Assembly (NCBI GenBank): GCA_963765195.1
Contig: CAVXVV010000040.1
Coordinates: forward strand, 4,754 to 68,753
Length of the DNA stretch: 64,000 bases
Direction of reading: 5' to 3'
DNA from: an uncultured Candidatus Rokubacteria bacterium
Lineage (GTDB): Bacteria; Methylomirabilota; Methylomirabilia; Rokubacteriales; DASRDR01
Part shown: positions 49,370 through 59,160 of the stretch, in pieces
How positions within the stretch are numbered: the first letter of the stretch is position 1
How the letters are laid out: every line of letters begins with the position of its first letter
Program-made: the position numbers and the translations under genes
Notes under the pieces: generated by a model
Seen by the model: the letters and a program-made list of their open reading frames with translations, nothing else
Told to the model about the DNA's origin: nothing
The model's database searches: none

Positions 49370-49403
49370 CGCGGACTCTCCTTGCGGGACTCGGCCCAGA
49401 ATT

Positions 49404-49486
49404 CCAAACTCGGGGTCAGGCCTCGTCTTTGATGTTTGACCTGAAAACCACCTGAAACCAAAGTCAGGGCCTGACCCCGAGTTCGA
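49404..49486. repeat. REP-like inverted pair
   Basis: CAAACTCGGGGTCAGGCCTCGTCTTTGA ... CAAAGTCAGGGCCTGACCCCGAGTTCG. Confidence 0.8.
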
Positions 49487-49669
49487 TTTTGGCGGCACAG
49501 GACCGCGGGCGCGGGCCGGCCGCGATCCGCCGCGGTCTTGCCCGAGACCGTACTCGGGCGTTTCTAGCGAGACGAGCGGGACTGCGGTGTCGCGGGGCGC
49601 TGCGTCAGGCGAAGAGGCCTGGCGTCCGCAGGCGGTGGGCTCCGTCCCGGAGCCCTCGGCGGGCGGCCG

Positions 49670-49747
49670 TCAGCCGAGGCCGCGGCGGGTCACCAGCACC
49701 AGGACGGCGGTCACCGCCACGACGGCGAGGATCTGCTCCCAGCTCAC
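49670..49747 (-). CDS. 25-aa single-TM peptide; terminal TGA may be Sec
   Basis: VSWEQILAVVAVTAVLVLVTRRGLG*; GTGA overlap with upstream stop. Confidence 0.5.
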   Translation of the reverse strand: MSWEQILAVVAVTAVLVLVTRRGLG

Positions 49748-50409
49748 CGGCCGTCTCCGTCGGGCGCGCCGACCGCCCGCAGCACGGCGTCGACGAACTG
49801 GGCTTCCGGCATGGCGCCCTCGAACGACACGCGGTCGTTGACGACGGTCTTCGGGACCGCCATGACCATGTAGCGCTGCGCGAGCTCGGGGAACTCGGTC
49901 GCTTCCACGCAATCGCCGCGGATCCAGTCCGAGGCGACCGCCAGGTGATGCGCCAGGCGCACGGCCCGGGGGCAGTGGGGTCAGGTAGGGGTGGAGAACA
50001 CCTGGATGTGGACGCGCTCCTTCAGCCCGGCCAGGCGCTCGAGCGTCTCGGCGCTGAGCGTCGGCGTGCCCGAGGATGCGGTGATCATCGAGTCGATCAG
50101 GTTCGTGAACTCGTAGCCCATCGGGATCCCGAAGAAGCGGATGCCGTAGTCGCGGGCGCCCTCGACGACGATGGCGGGCACGCGATCGACGCCGTAGGCC
50201 TCCGCCCGCTCGCGGTCGATGTGGAGGTTCAGGATCTCCACCGTGACCTGATCCGAGCACTCCGCGACCTCGCGGACCAGCCGCTCGGTCTCGACGCAGT
50301 ACTCGGACGCGCCGAGCTGGCTCGAGAAGACGATCAGCTTGACCGGCCCAGCCAGCTTCGCGAGCTCACCCTGGACCGCCGTCCGGTCCCGCTCTGTCAG
50401 GATCGCCAT
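49744..50409 (-). CDS. Protein-disulfide oxidoreductase (two thioredoxin folds), selenoprotein with U-P-H-C motif
   Basis: Two track ORFs are in frame across TGA at 49981-49983: ...VFSTPT-U-PHCPRAV...; TGA sits at the first Cys position of CxxC; GIPMGYEF and AVPK motifs. Confidence 0.88.
49941..49969 (-). promoter_or_regulatory. Candidate bacterial SECIS hairpin
   Basis: CCGGG-CC-GUGCGC-CUG-GCGCAU-CA-CCUGG, 12-40 nt 3' of the in-frame UGA. Confidence 0.55.
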
Positions 50410-50845
50410 CTTGCCTCCCGGGGCGGCTTCGGCCGCCCCCGTTCGCGCTCGTCATTATATCCGCCAGCTTGGCCCTCCGCCTCCCCGGGCCGGCGCCGAG
50501 CCCGCCGGGCTTGCCAGGGTGGCGGTCAGGCATTCGCCCGACACGCCTGTCGAGCGCCCACGCGTGCGGCCTCGGTGGCGTCGGCTGCTCGCAGTGGATG
50601 CGGTCAGCTTCAGCGCGGCGCAGGCCGTCCTCGGCCGGCGCCGCGCTGGCGACGCCCCGACCCGGTGCAGGGACCCGACCGGTCCTCGGCGCCGCGGCCG
50701 CCGCACGGCCGCCGACCTGGTCCGGCACCGTCGACCTCGGCGGGGTACCGTCGGCGAAGACCCGGCGCGACCGAAGCCGGCGGCGCGACCGGGGTCGCAG
50801 CCGCGAGAGGACGCCGGCGCCGATGCCCGACCGCGGGCGCGGCGC

Positions 50846-52021
50846 CTAGCTGAGGGAGGCGAGGCCGCTCGCGATGCGGCGGAGCGCCTCCTGGATCGTC
50901 TCGCGCGACGCCGCGTAGGAGAGCCGGAGGTACCCCTCGCCGAACTCGCCGAACGCGGTGCCGCCCAGCACCGCCACGCCCGCCTGCTCCAGGAGATGCG
51001 TGGCGATCTGCTTCGACGGGCGCCCGAACGACTTCACGTTCGGGAACACGTAGAAGGCGCCGCGCGGGCGCTTGCAGCTCACCCCGGGGATCCGGTTGAG
51101 CCCGTCGACGATCAGGTCGCGCCGCTGGCGGAACTCCTCCACCATCGTCTGCACGGGCGTGTCGTCGCCTCTGAGCGCGGCGAGGCCGGCGTGCTGGATG
51201 AAGGTCGCGGTGCAGGACACGGAGTTCGTCATGAGCCGCGCGAGGTGCTCGGCGAGCGGCTTCGGCATCACGCCGAACCCGAGCCGCCAGCCGGTCATCG
51301 CGTAGGACTTCGAGAAGCCGTCCAGGATGACCGTCTGAGGCTTCATGCCCGGCAGGCTCACGATCGAGGCGAACTCGCCGTCGTAGAGGAAGCGCCGGTA
51401 GATCTCGTCCGACAGCACCGGCACCTGGTAGTGCCGCGCGAGGTCGGCGATCCGGCCGACGTCCTCGGGGCTCAGCACGCCGCCCGTCGGGTTCTCCGGC
51501 GAGTTGATGATGATGAGCTTGGTCTTCTTCGAGACGCGCCGCTCGAACTCCTTCAGGTCGAAGCCGAAGCCGGTCTCCTCGAGGAGCGGGATCGGCACCG
51601 GCTTCCCGCCCACGAAGTTGATCACCGACTCGTAGATGGGGAACCCGGGGTTCGGGTAGACCACCTCGTCGCCCGGGTTCGTGAGCGCCATGATGACGAA
51701 GTACATGATGGGCTTGGCCCCGGGCGTCACCACCACCTCGTCCGGCTCGACCGGGACGCCGCGGGTCTTCTCGATATGCTCGGCGATCGCCTCGCGCAGC
51801 TCCGGGAGCCCGGCCGACGGCCCGTAGTGGGTGGCGCCCGCGTCCAGCGCCCGCTTGGCCGCCTCGCGGATGTGCGCGGGCGTGTCGTAGTCCGGCTCGC
51901 CGATCTCGAGGTGGACGACGTTCTTCCCCTGGCGCTCCAGTGCGCGCGCCCGCGCCAGCACCTCGAAGGCGGTCTCGGTGCCCAGCCGTCCCATCGACTC
52001 CGCGATCTTCGATTCCATCAT
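50846..52021 (-). CDS. Class I/II (aspartate-type) aminotransferase
   Basis: EIGEPD, NSPENPTG, SDEIY, GFSKSYAMTGWRLG. Confidence 0.93.
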   Translation of the reverse strand: MMESKIAESMGRLGTETAFEVLARARALERQGKNVVHLEIGEPDYDTPAHIREAAKRALDAGATHYGPSAGLPELREAIAEHIEKTRGVPVEPDEVVVTPGAKPIMYFVIMALTNPGDEVVYPNPGFPIYESVINFVGGKPVPIPLLEETGFGFDLKEFERRVSKKTKLIIINSPENPTGGVLSPEDVGRIADLARHYQVPVLSDEIYRRFLYDGEFASIVSLPGMKPQTVILDGFSKSYAMTGWRLGFGVMPKPLAEHLARLMTNSVSCTATFIQHAGLAALRGDDTPVQTMVEEFRQRRDLIVDGLNRIPGVSCKRPRGAFYVFPNVKSFGRPSKQIATHLLEQAGVAVLGGTAFGEFGEGYLRLSYAASRETIQEALRRIASGLASLS

Positions 52022-52035
52022 CGTCTTGCCCTCCG

Positions 52036-52728
52036 TTAGAACACGCCGAACTTCTCGTACGCCGCGAGCGGCGCCATCCCCTTCCGGACGGCGTCGCGAA
52101 CCCGGTTCTCGGTCGAGAGCAGCCGCTCGCACTCCAGGAGCACCGGGGCCGCCAGGGCCTTCGGCACCACGGCGACCCCGTCGAGGTCGCCCACGATCAC
52201 GTCGCCCGGCGAGACCCGGACCCCGCCGATGGTCACCGGGCGCCCCCACTCGGTCGCGCACCAGCGCGGCAGGGAGTCGAGCGGCGTCCGGTACCGGCAG
52301 AAGACCGGGAACCGCTCGCGCAGGATGTACTCCGCGTCGCGCGTCGCCCCGTCGATCACGACGCCCCGCACGCCGCGCGCCTTCATCGCGACCGCCGACA
52401 GCTCGCCGAAGTGCGCCGACACCTCGTCGTTCGACTTCACGACCAGGACCGCGTCCCGCGGCACCGATCCGAGCAGCGTCAGGAACGCGCGGATCGCGCG
52501 CTCGGGATCGGGCGTCCGCGTGGGGCGGCCGGCGGCCGGAAACGCGAGACCGGCGACCCGGGCGCCGGGCGTGAGCCCTACGATGTCGTGGGGGAGCGTC
52601 TGGGTCTTGCGCCCCAGGTGGTCGAGCACGTCGGTGATCGCGGCGACGTAGAGCTTGCCGTAGCGATCGCAGAGCTGGGCCGGCGGGATCGGCCGGGCCG
52701 GGATCCGGCGGGCGCGGGGCTTGGTCAT
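52036..52728 (-). CDS. RraA family protein
   Basis: GELSA, IDGATRD, PGDVIVGDLDGVAVVP. Confidence 0.88.
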   Translation of the reverse strand: MTKPRARRIPARPIPPAQLCDRYGKLYVAAITDVLDHLGRKTQTLPHDIVGLTPGARVAGLAFPAAGRPTRTPDPERAIRAFLTLLGSVPRDAVLVVKSNDEVSAHFGELSAVAMKARGVRGVVIDGATRDAEYILRERFPVFCRYRTPLDSLPRWCATEWGRPVTIGGVRVSPGDVIVGDLDGVAVVPKALAAPVLLECERLLSTENRVRDAVRKGMAPLAAYEKFGVF

Positions 52729-52833
52729 GACGTGAGCATCTCCTGTCGTGGGCGCGCGCCGCCGCCTGCTGGCGACACCGCGCCATCTTACCCGCGGCCG
52801 TTCAGCCCCTCAAGAGGCCCGGGCGTCGGCCGG

Positions 52834-54267
52834 TCAGAACCGGAGGGTGGCGAGGACGATGGTCGTCGCCTGGATGTTGCTCACGGCATGGGCCAGCATG
52901 CCGGGCAGGAGGCTCCGCGTCCGCTCGTAGGCGAGCGCCCACAGCACCCCGCTCGCGAAGACCGAGACGAACCCCACCACGCCGTAGCCGTGCGCGAGCG
53001 CGAAGAGCGCTGCGCTGACGAGCGTCGCCGGCGCGGGGCCGAGGCGCAGCCGAAGGGTCGCGTAGAGCACGCCGCGGAAGAGCGGCTCCTCCAGGATCGG
53101 GGCGAAGGCGCAGCTGTCGATCGCGTCGGCCACCACCTCCGCGGACGTGCCCCACACGAGCCGCTCCTGGAAGCCGTCGGTCCAGTGCGTCTCCACGCCG
53201 AGGCGCGCCCCGGCGAGGTCGATCAGCACGTCGGCGAGCGTCGACACGCCCACGAGTCCGAGTGTCGCCCGCAGGAGCGTGGGCCACGCCGACCGGGGGA
53301 CGCGGAGCCCGAACGTGTCCGCGAGGGTCCTCCACGATCCGCCGCAGTACCAGAGGAGATAGCCGCCGAGGGGGATCGTCTGGAGGACCGACACGAGCAA
53401 GGTGGACCACGCGCGGTCCGGCAGGAACGGCCACACGACGGCCACGCCGACGAGGCCCACGGCGCCGCGGGCAAAGAGCCCCAGCCCGTCGAGGGCAGTC
53501 CACGGCGGCGGGATCGGCGCCATCGCGACGCGGGCCGCGCGACCGCCGCGGCCGACGAGCCACGCGACGAGCGCGACCAGCCCCACCAGGACCAGGAGCG
53601 TCTCGGCGATCAGGATCGCACGGAGCCGCCACAGGAGCGGCGCGCCCCGCGCCTGGATGTCGCGCTCCCTCTCCGCCACGAGGGCCGCGTCGCCGAGGCG
53701 CGACGCGAGCCGGATCACGAGGCGATCGGCGAACCAGCCCGGCGGCAGCTCGCGGCGGACGGCCTCGATCGCGGCCCGGAGCTCCTCGGGGGCCGGGACC
53801 TCCGCCTCGTAGGCGGCCCGGGCCCAGGCCGCGAGCCGCCGGGCCGCGTCGTCGGTCGGCGCCCAGGCGGTCGCCACCGACTCGGCGGCCTCGGTCTGGC
53901 CGTCCTCGGCGAGCAGGATGATCCGGTAGAGCTCGGCGAGGGGCGAGGCCTCGACTCGCGCGAGCTCCTCGTACCACGCGATGGCGTCGGCCCGCGCGCC
54001 GGCATCCGACGAGAAGGCGAGCGCGAGGAGGCGGCGCTCCCACCGGGGCGCCGTCCGCGCCGCGGCGCGGAAGTCCATGTCGCGCGTGACGACGCGCTCG
54101 AGCGACTCCTCCGGCCGCTCGAGGGTGTCGAGCCCGTGCGCCGGCCAGAAGACGAGGGCGGCCAGGCCCGCCAGGACGCCGAGGGCGGCGCCGGTGACCC
54201 AGCGATTCAGGCGGGACGTCCTGTCGCGCGGCTCGACCGGCGCCTCTCCCGCGAGCTCGGCCGACAT
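52834..54267 (-). CDS. CPBP (Abi/CAAX) intramembrane glutamic protease with long N-terminal extension
   Basis: APILEEPLFRG, FALAH, AHAVSN motifs. Confidence 0.85.
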   Translation of the reverse strand: MSAELAGEAPVEPRDRTSRLNRWVTGAALGVLAGLAALVFWPAHGLDTLERPEESLERVVTRDMDFRAAARTAPRWERRLLALAFSSDAGARADAIAWYEELARVEASPLAELYRIILLAEDGQTEAAESVATAWAPTDDAARRLAAWARAAYEAEVPAPEELRAAIEAVRRELPPGWFADRLVIRLASRLGDAALVAERERDIQARGAPLLWRLRAILIAETLLVLVGLVALVAWLVGRGGRAARVAMAPIPPPWTALDGLGLFARGAVGLVGVAVVWPFLPDRAWSTLLVSVLQTIPLGGYLLWYCGGSWRTLADTFGLRVPRSAWPTLLRATLGLVGVSTLADVLIDLAGARLGVETHWTDGFQERLVWGTSAEVVADAIDSCAFAPILEEPLFRGVLYATLRLRLGPAPATLVSAALFALAHGYGVVGFVSVFASGVLWALAYERTRSLLPGMLAHAVSNIQATTIVLATLRF

Positions 54268-54361
54268 GGGGCGGCAGTATACCGCGGAGGGGTGCGGTAT
54301 AATCCCGCCACCTCCAGTGGGGCCACCTCGATCCGGCGGAGGCGAGCCGCCCATCGGCCAC

Positions 54362-55132
54362 GTGGACGCGATCGCCGTCAGGGATCTCTCGAAGCGCTAC
54401 GCGACCCGCGACGGGAATGTCGCGGCGCTCGAGGGCATCAGCTTCGACATCCGCGAGGGCGACTTCGTCGCCGTCGTCGGCCCCTCGGGCTGCGGGAAGA
54501 CCACGCTCCTCAAGATCCTCGCGGGCCTCATGCCGCCCTCGCGCGGGGACGCGCGGCTCCGGGGCACGCCGATCACGGGGCCGCGCCAGGACATCGGCGT
54601 GGTCTTCCAGTCCCCGGTGCTCTTCCCCTGGCGGACCGTGCTGGACAACGTGCTCCTGCCGATCGACGTCCAGGGGCTCCCGCGCGAGGCCCACCGGCGC
54701 GCCGCGCTCGATCTCCTGGCCCTCGTCGGCCTCGAGGGCTTCGAGCGGCGGTACCCGTGGGAGCTCTCGGGCGGCATGCAGCAGCGGGTCGCCCTCACCC
54801 GGGCGCTCGTCCACGATCCCGCCATGCTCCTCATGGACGAGCCGTTCGGCGCGCTGGACGCGATGACGCGGGAGCAGATGAACGTGGAGCTCCAGCGGAT
54901 CTGGCTCGAGCGGAAGAAGACCGTCGTCTTCATCACCCACTCGATCCCGGAGGCGGTGTTCCTGGGCGACCGCGTCCTCGTGATGAGCCCGCGGCCGGGC
55001 CGCATCCTCGAGGACGTGCGCGTCGAGCTTCCCCATCCGCGGCCGCTCGACGTCATGAACACGCCCGCCTTCGGCGAGCACGTGCGGGCGATCCGGCGGC
55101 GCTTCGCCGTGGCCGGGCGGCTGGACGGGTAG
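54362..55132 (+). CDS. NitT/TauT-family ABC transporter ATPase
   Basis: GPSGCGKT, LSGGMQQR, MDEPFGALD, ITH. Confidence 0.93.
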   Translation: MDAIAVRDLSKRYATRDGNVAALEGISFDIREGDFVAVVGPSGCGKTTLLKILAGLMPPSRGDARLRGTPITGPRQDIGVVFQSPVLFPWRTVLDNVLLPIDVQGLPREAHRRAALDLLALVGLEGFERRYPWELSGGMQQRVALTRALVHDPAMLLMDEPFGALDAMTREQMNVELQRIWLERKKTVVFITHSIPEAVFLGDRVLVMSPRPGRILEDVRVELPHPRPLDVMNTPAFGEHVRAIRRRFAVAGRLDG

Positions 55133-55137
55133 CGCGC

Positions 55138-55974
55138 ATGAAGCTCCGCCCCGGCAGCGTGGCTCTCGTCACCGGCGCGGCGCGGGGTCTCGGCTGGGGC
55201 ATCGCCCGCGCGTTCGGCCTCGCCGGGGCGCGGGTCTGCGTGACGGACCTCGACGACGCCGAGCTCCGGCGCTGCGCCCGGGACCTCGCCGCCGACGGGA
55301 CGGAGCACCTCGGCTGCCGCGCCGACGCGGCCGATCTCGCCGCGTGCGAGGAGGTCGTGGAGCGCGTCATCGAGCGCTGGAGCCGCCTCGACGTCGTGGT
55401 GCACAACGCGATCTACATGCCGCTCGTTGCCTTCGAGGCGACCACGCATGCCGAATGGGCCCGCCAGATCGACGTCGGGCTCGGCGGGATGTTCAACTGC
55501 ACGCGCGCCGCCTGGCCCCGGATGAAGGCGCAGGGCGGCGGCCACGTCATCGGGATCGCCAGCGGATCGAGCGTGCGCGGCTACCGGGAGGAGATCGCGT
55601 ATTGCGCGGTCAAGCACGGCGTCGAGGGCTTCGTGAAGGCGCTCTCCCTCGAGGCCCGGGCCCACAACATCGCGGTCAACACGATCGGGCCCGGCGCCCG
55701 CATCAAGCCCACCCGGGTGACCTGGGCGGAGCACGACCGGGCGCCGGCGGAGCTCCGGGCGAGCTGGACGGACCCGGTCCGGCTCGGCCGGGCCTGGGTG
55801 TGGCTGGCCGCCCAGCCCCCCGCGCGCTTCAGCGGCCACCGGTTCGATGCCGGCCCGCTCGTCGAGACGATCGCGCGCGAGGGCGAGGACTTCGAGTTCG
55901 CCCCGGAGAAGGTGACGGCGTACCCGGACGACTTCCGCGCGCGCCAGCACTGGTACGAGCACTACACGGGATGA
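55138..55974 (+). CDS. SDR family oxidoreductase
   Basis: TGAARGLG, HNA, YCAVK. Confidence 0.88.
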   Translation: MKLRPGSVALVTGAARGLGWGIARAFGLAGARVCVTDLDDAELRRCARDLAADGTEHLGCRADAADLAACEEVVERVIERWSRLDVVVHNAIYMPLVAFEATTHAEWARQIDVGLGGMFNCTRAAWPRMKAQGGGHVIGIASGSSVRGYREEIAYCAVKHGVEGFVKALSLEARAHNIAVNTIGPGARIKPTRVTWAEHDRAPAELRASWTDPVRLGRAWVWLAAQPPARFSGHRFDAGPLVETIAREGEDFEFAPEKVTAYPDDFRARQHWYEHYTG

Positions 55975-56002
55975 GGCGCGCGGCGCCGGGAGGCCCGACC
56001 GG

Positions 56003-56863
56003 ATGACCGGCCTCGGCCGCGGGCGGAGCCTCGCCCTGACCGCCGTCTTCTTCCTCGCCTCGATGGCGCTCTGGGAGGGCGCGGTCCGGGTCCTCGCGAT
56101 CCCGCCGTTCATCCTGCCGGCGCCGTCGGCGGTGGCGGTGGCGCTCTGGCGCGGCCTCGCCAGCGGGCTCTACCTGAAGCACCTCTGGTACACGCTCATC
56201 GAGACGCTGCTGGGGTTCCTGGTCGGCTCGGCGCTCGGGTTCGGGCTCGGCACCGCGGTGGCGATGAGCCGGTGGGTGGAGTACTTCCTCTATCCGTACA
56301 TCGTGATGTTCCAGTCGCTGCCGAAGATCGCGCTCGCGCCGCTCATCGTCATCTGGTTCGGCCTGGGCCTCATGTCGAAGGTCGTCAACGCCGGGCTGGT
56401 GGCGTTCTTCCCGCTCCTCGTCAACACGATGGTCGGGCTCCGGTCGGCCGACGAGGACCGCGTGAGCCTGATGCGCTCCCTCGCGGCCACCGACCGGCAG
56501 ATCTTCTGGATGCTGCGGCTCCCCAACGCCCTGCCGTTCGTGATGGCGGGGCTCGACATCGCGATGATCTTCGCCCTGATCGGCGCCATCGTCGGCGAGT
56601 TCGTCGGCGCCACCGCCGGTCTCGGCATGCTGATCCAGAGCATGAACTTCACGATGGACGTCTCGGGGCAGTTCTCGGTGCTGCTCGTGCTCTCGTTCGT
56701 GGGCCTCGGGCTCAGCCGGGCCATCCAGCTGGTCCGCCGGCGGGTGCTGTTCTGGGACGCGTCGGAGAAGGCCGCCTCCGAGCAGCCCGCCGAGGACGCC
56801 CCGCTCTCCGCCTCGCTCGCGCGCGATCCGCGCGCCCGGAAGAAGGAGGTCACCGCATGGTGA
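56003..56863 (+). CDS. NitT/TauT-family ABC permease
   Basis: PKIALAPL, LPNALP, GAIVGEF. Confidence 0.92.
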   Translation: MTGLGRGRSLALTAVFFLASMALWEGAVRVLAIPPFILPAPSAVAVALWRGLASGLYLKHLWYTLIETLLGFLVGSALGFGLGTAVAMSRWVEYFLYPYIVMFQSLPKIALAPLIVIWFGLGLMSKVVNAGLVAFFPLLVNTMVGLRSADEDRVSLMRSLAATDRQIFWMLRLPNALPFVMAGLDIAMIFALIGAIVGEFVGATAGLGMLIQSMNFTMDVSGQFSVLLVLSFVGLGLSRAIQLVRRRVLFWDASEKAASEQPAEDAPLSASLARDPRARKKEVTAW

Positions 56864-57951
56864 GGTCCCGCTCGCGCCGCGTCGTCGCCCTGGCCCCGGC
56901 CGTCGCGCTCTTGCTCGGCTCGGCCGCGCTCACCGGGCCGGTGAGCGCCCAGGTCACGAAGCTCAAGGTGGGCTGGTGCGCCCGCACCGTCTCGGCGGCC
57001 GCCGCGCCCTTCGCCATCGCGGCCAAGCTCGGGTGGCTCAAGCAGGAGGGCATCGACGTCGAGCTGGTGCCCATGCCCGGGTCGACGGACTGCGTGAAGA
57101 ACGTGGCGGTCAAGGAAGTGGACTTTTCCCTGCCGAGCGTCGAGCCCCTCGCGATCGGCCGCCCGCAGGGCATCAAGGCGCAGGTCTTCTACACCGCGTA
57201 TCAGGGGAACATCTACGGCATCGCCGTTCCCCAGGACAGCCCGGTCAAGGAGTTCACGGACCTTCGGGGAAAGCGCATCGGCGTGATCTCGATGGGGTCG
57301 GGCGGCGTGCTGGTGGCGCGCGAGCTCGCCCGGTTCAACGGGCTCAACCCGGACTCGGACATCGACATCGTCGTCGCCGGCGAGGGCGCCCAGACCGCGG
57401 CCATGGTCCGGGGCGGCCAGGTCGACGCGCTCAGCCAGTTCGACACGCAGTACGCGATGGTCGAGAACGCGGGCGTCAAGCTCCGGCTCCTCGACACGCG
57501 GGCGATCGACCGCTTCCCGTCGAACGGCTTCCTCGCCCTGGAGGACACCCTCCGGACCCGGCGCAAGGAGGCGGTGGCGCTCGCGCGGAGCTACGCGAAG
57601 GGCACGGTGTTCGCCATCGCCAACCCCGAGGCCGCCATCCGGATCCTCTGGGAGGTCTTCCCGGCGACCAAGCCCACCGGGAAGGACGAGGCGACGGCGC
57701 TCCGCGACGACACCAAGGTGCTCCAGGCCCGCGCCCAGAACTGGCGGCTCGAGAAGGCCGGCGTCAAGCGCTGGGGCGAGAACTCCGAGGCGAACTACCA
57801 GGCCTACGCCGACTTCATGCTGAAGACCGGCATCATCAAGCAGGCGGTGACGGCGAAGGAGCTCGTGACCAACGAGCTGATCGACGACATCAACCACTTC
57901 GACGCGGAGAAGATCGCGGCCGAGGCGCGCGCCTACCGGGCCGGCGGATGA
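56857..57951 (+). CDS. NMT1/SsuA-like ABC substrate-binding protein
   Basis: Signal peptide; EGIDVE, DLRGKRIG, ANPEAA. Confidence 0.88.
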   Translation: MVRSRSRRVVALAPAVALLLGSAALTGPVSAQVTKLKVGWCARTVSAAAAPFAIAAKLGWLKQEGIDVELVPMPGSTDCVKNVAVKEVDFSLPSVEPLAIGRPQGIKAQVFYTAYQGNIYGIAVPQDSPVKEFTDLRGKRIGVISMGSGGVLVARELARFNGLNPDSDIDIVVAGEGAQTAAMVRGGQVDALSQFDTQYAMVENAGVKLRLLDTRAIDRFPSNGFLALEDTLRTRRKEAVALARSYAKGTVFAIANPEAAIRILWEVFPATKPTGKDEATALRDDTKVLQARAQNWRLEKAGVKRWGENSEANYQAYADFMLKTGIIKQAVTAKELVTNELIDDINHFDAEKIAAEARAYRAGG

Positions 57952-59042
57952 GCCCGGGCGCGGCGGGCCCGGGGAGTGAGGGCGTGCGCCGCTCGGGGCC
58001 GCCGGTGAGCGCGCGCAAGCTCACCGTCCCCGATGCGGGCCGGCAGCTCCTCGAGGCGACCGAGCTCGTCGACCTCCACATCCACGTGGGCGCGGCGGTG
58101 GCGCCCCACGTCCTCTGGGAGATCGCGCACGACCACGGGTTCAAGCTGCCCGTGCGCACGTACCCCGAGTTCCAGGACCTCGTGTACGCGGATCCGAAGC
58201 GCGTCACGTCGCTGGACAGCTACCTCGAGATCCTCCACCGCTGGACCGAGCGCATCCAGTCGTCGCCGGCGGCCATCGAGCGCTCCATCTACTCCATCAT
58301 CGGGAAGGAGTACCGGTCCTCGCGCGTCTCGACGATCGAGCTCCGCTTCAACCCGATGAAGCGGAACCTGGGCGGCGAGCGGGACCTCGACCACATCATC
58401 ATCGCCGCCATCCACGGGATGGAGCGCGCCTGCCTCGCGTACGGCGTCCGCGCGGGGCTGGTCTTCTGCCTCGCTCGCGAGTTCGACTACGCCCTCAACG
58501 ACATCATCGTGCGGAAGGCCGAGCGCTACCGGGACCGCGGCGTCGTGGGCATCGATCTCGCGGGCCCGGAGAAGCACACGCTCGAGTTCGGCAGCGAGGT
58601 CGACCGCTACCACGACCTCTTCGCCCGCGCGCGGGCGGCCGGGCTGGGCACGACCATCCACACCGGCGAGACCTCGCACACGGGAGCCGACGGCGTGTTC
58701 GCCGTCCTGGAGAAGCTCCAGCCCGACCGCATCGGCCATGGCATCGCCGCGGCCCGCAGCGAGGAGCTCATGAAGCGGCTGAGCGACCGGGGCACGGTGC
58801 TCGAGCTCTGCCCGTCGTCGAACCTCCGGACCCGCGCCCTCTCGGGGTGGGACGAGCTCCGCGAGGTCTACCAGGGGCTCCGCGACGCCGGGGTGCGCAC
58901 GACCATCAACACCGACGGGCCCTATCTCCTGCGCACGACGCTCCGCCACGAGCTCGAGCTGCTCCTCGCGCACCAGGTCTTCGACCAGAGCGACGTGCTC
59001 CGCTCCATCGAGACCGCGCGCCAGGCGACCTTCGTCCGGTAG
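57948..59042 (+). CDS. Adenosine deaminase family protein
   Basis: DLHIH, GIDLAG, HTGE, RIGHG, CPSSN, INTDGP; start uncertain. Confidence 0.88.
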   Translation: MSPGAAGPGSEGVRRSGPPVSARKLTVPDAGRQLLEATELVDLHIHVGAAVAPHVLWEIAHDHGFKLPVRTYPEFQDLVYADPKRVTSLDSYLEILHRWTERIQSSPAAIERSIYSIIGKEYRSSRVSTIELRFNPMKRNLGGERDLDHIIIAAIHGMERACLAYGVRAGLVFCLAREFDYALNDIIVRKAERYRDRGVVGIDLAGPEKHTLEFGSEVDRYHDLFARARAAGLGTTIHTGETSHTGADGVFAVLEKLQPDRIGHGIAAARSEELMKRLSDRGTVLELCPSSNLRTRALSGWDELREVYQGLRDAGVRTTINTDGPYLLRTTLRHELELLLAHQVFDQSDVLRSIETARQATFVR

Positions 59043-59160
59043 CCCGGCGTCCGGGAGCCCGGACCAAGCCAATCCGCGCATTGGCTCTTGGCCGGCGCGG
59101 CCGCTTCGGCTAGAGGTGGGTACCGGTTCTCGATCCGACCACCGGGAAGGAGCCGCCGCC

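Noticed and set aside
48524-49747. Readthrough fusion of the TM peptide to the nitroreductase
   Set aside because: The frame is open but crosses a REP cluster with non-coding-like sequence, and the nitroreductase has its own RBS and ATG at 49369
49975-49986. GGGGTCAGG at the Sec codon matches the REP core
   Set aside because: Explained by Thr-Sec-Pro codons (ACC TGA CCC); no flanking repeat arms
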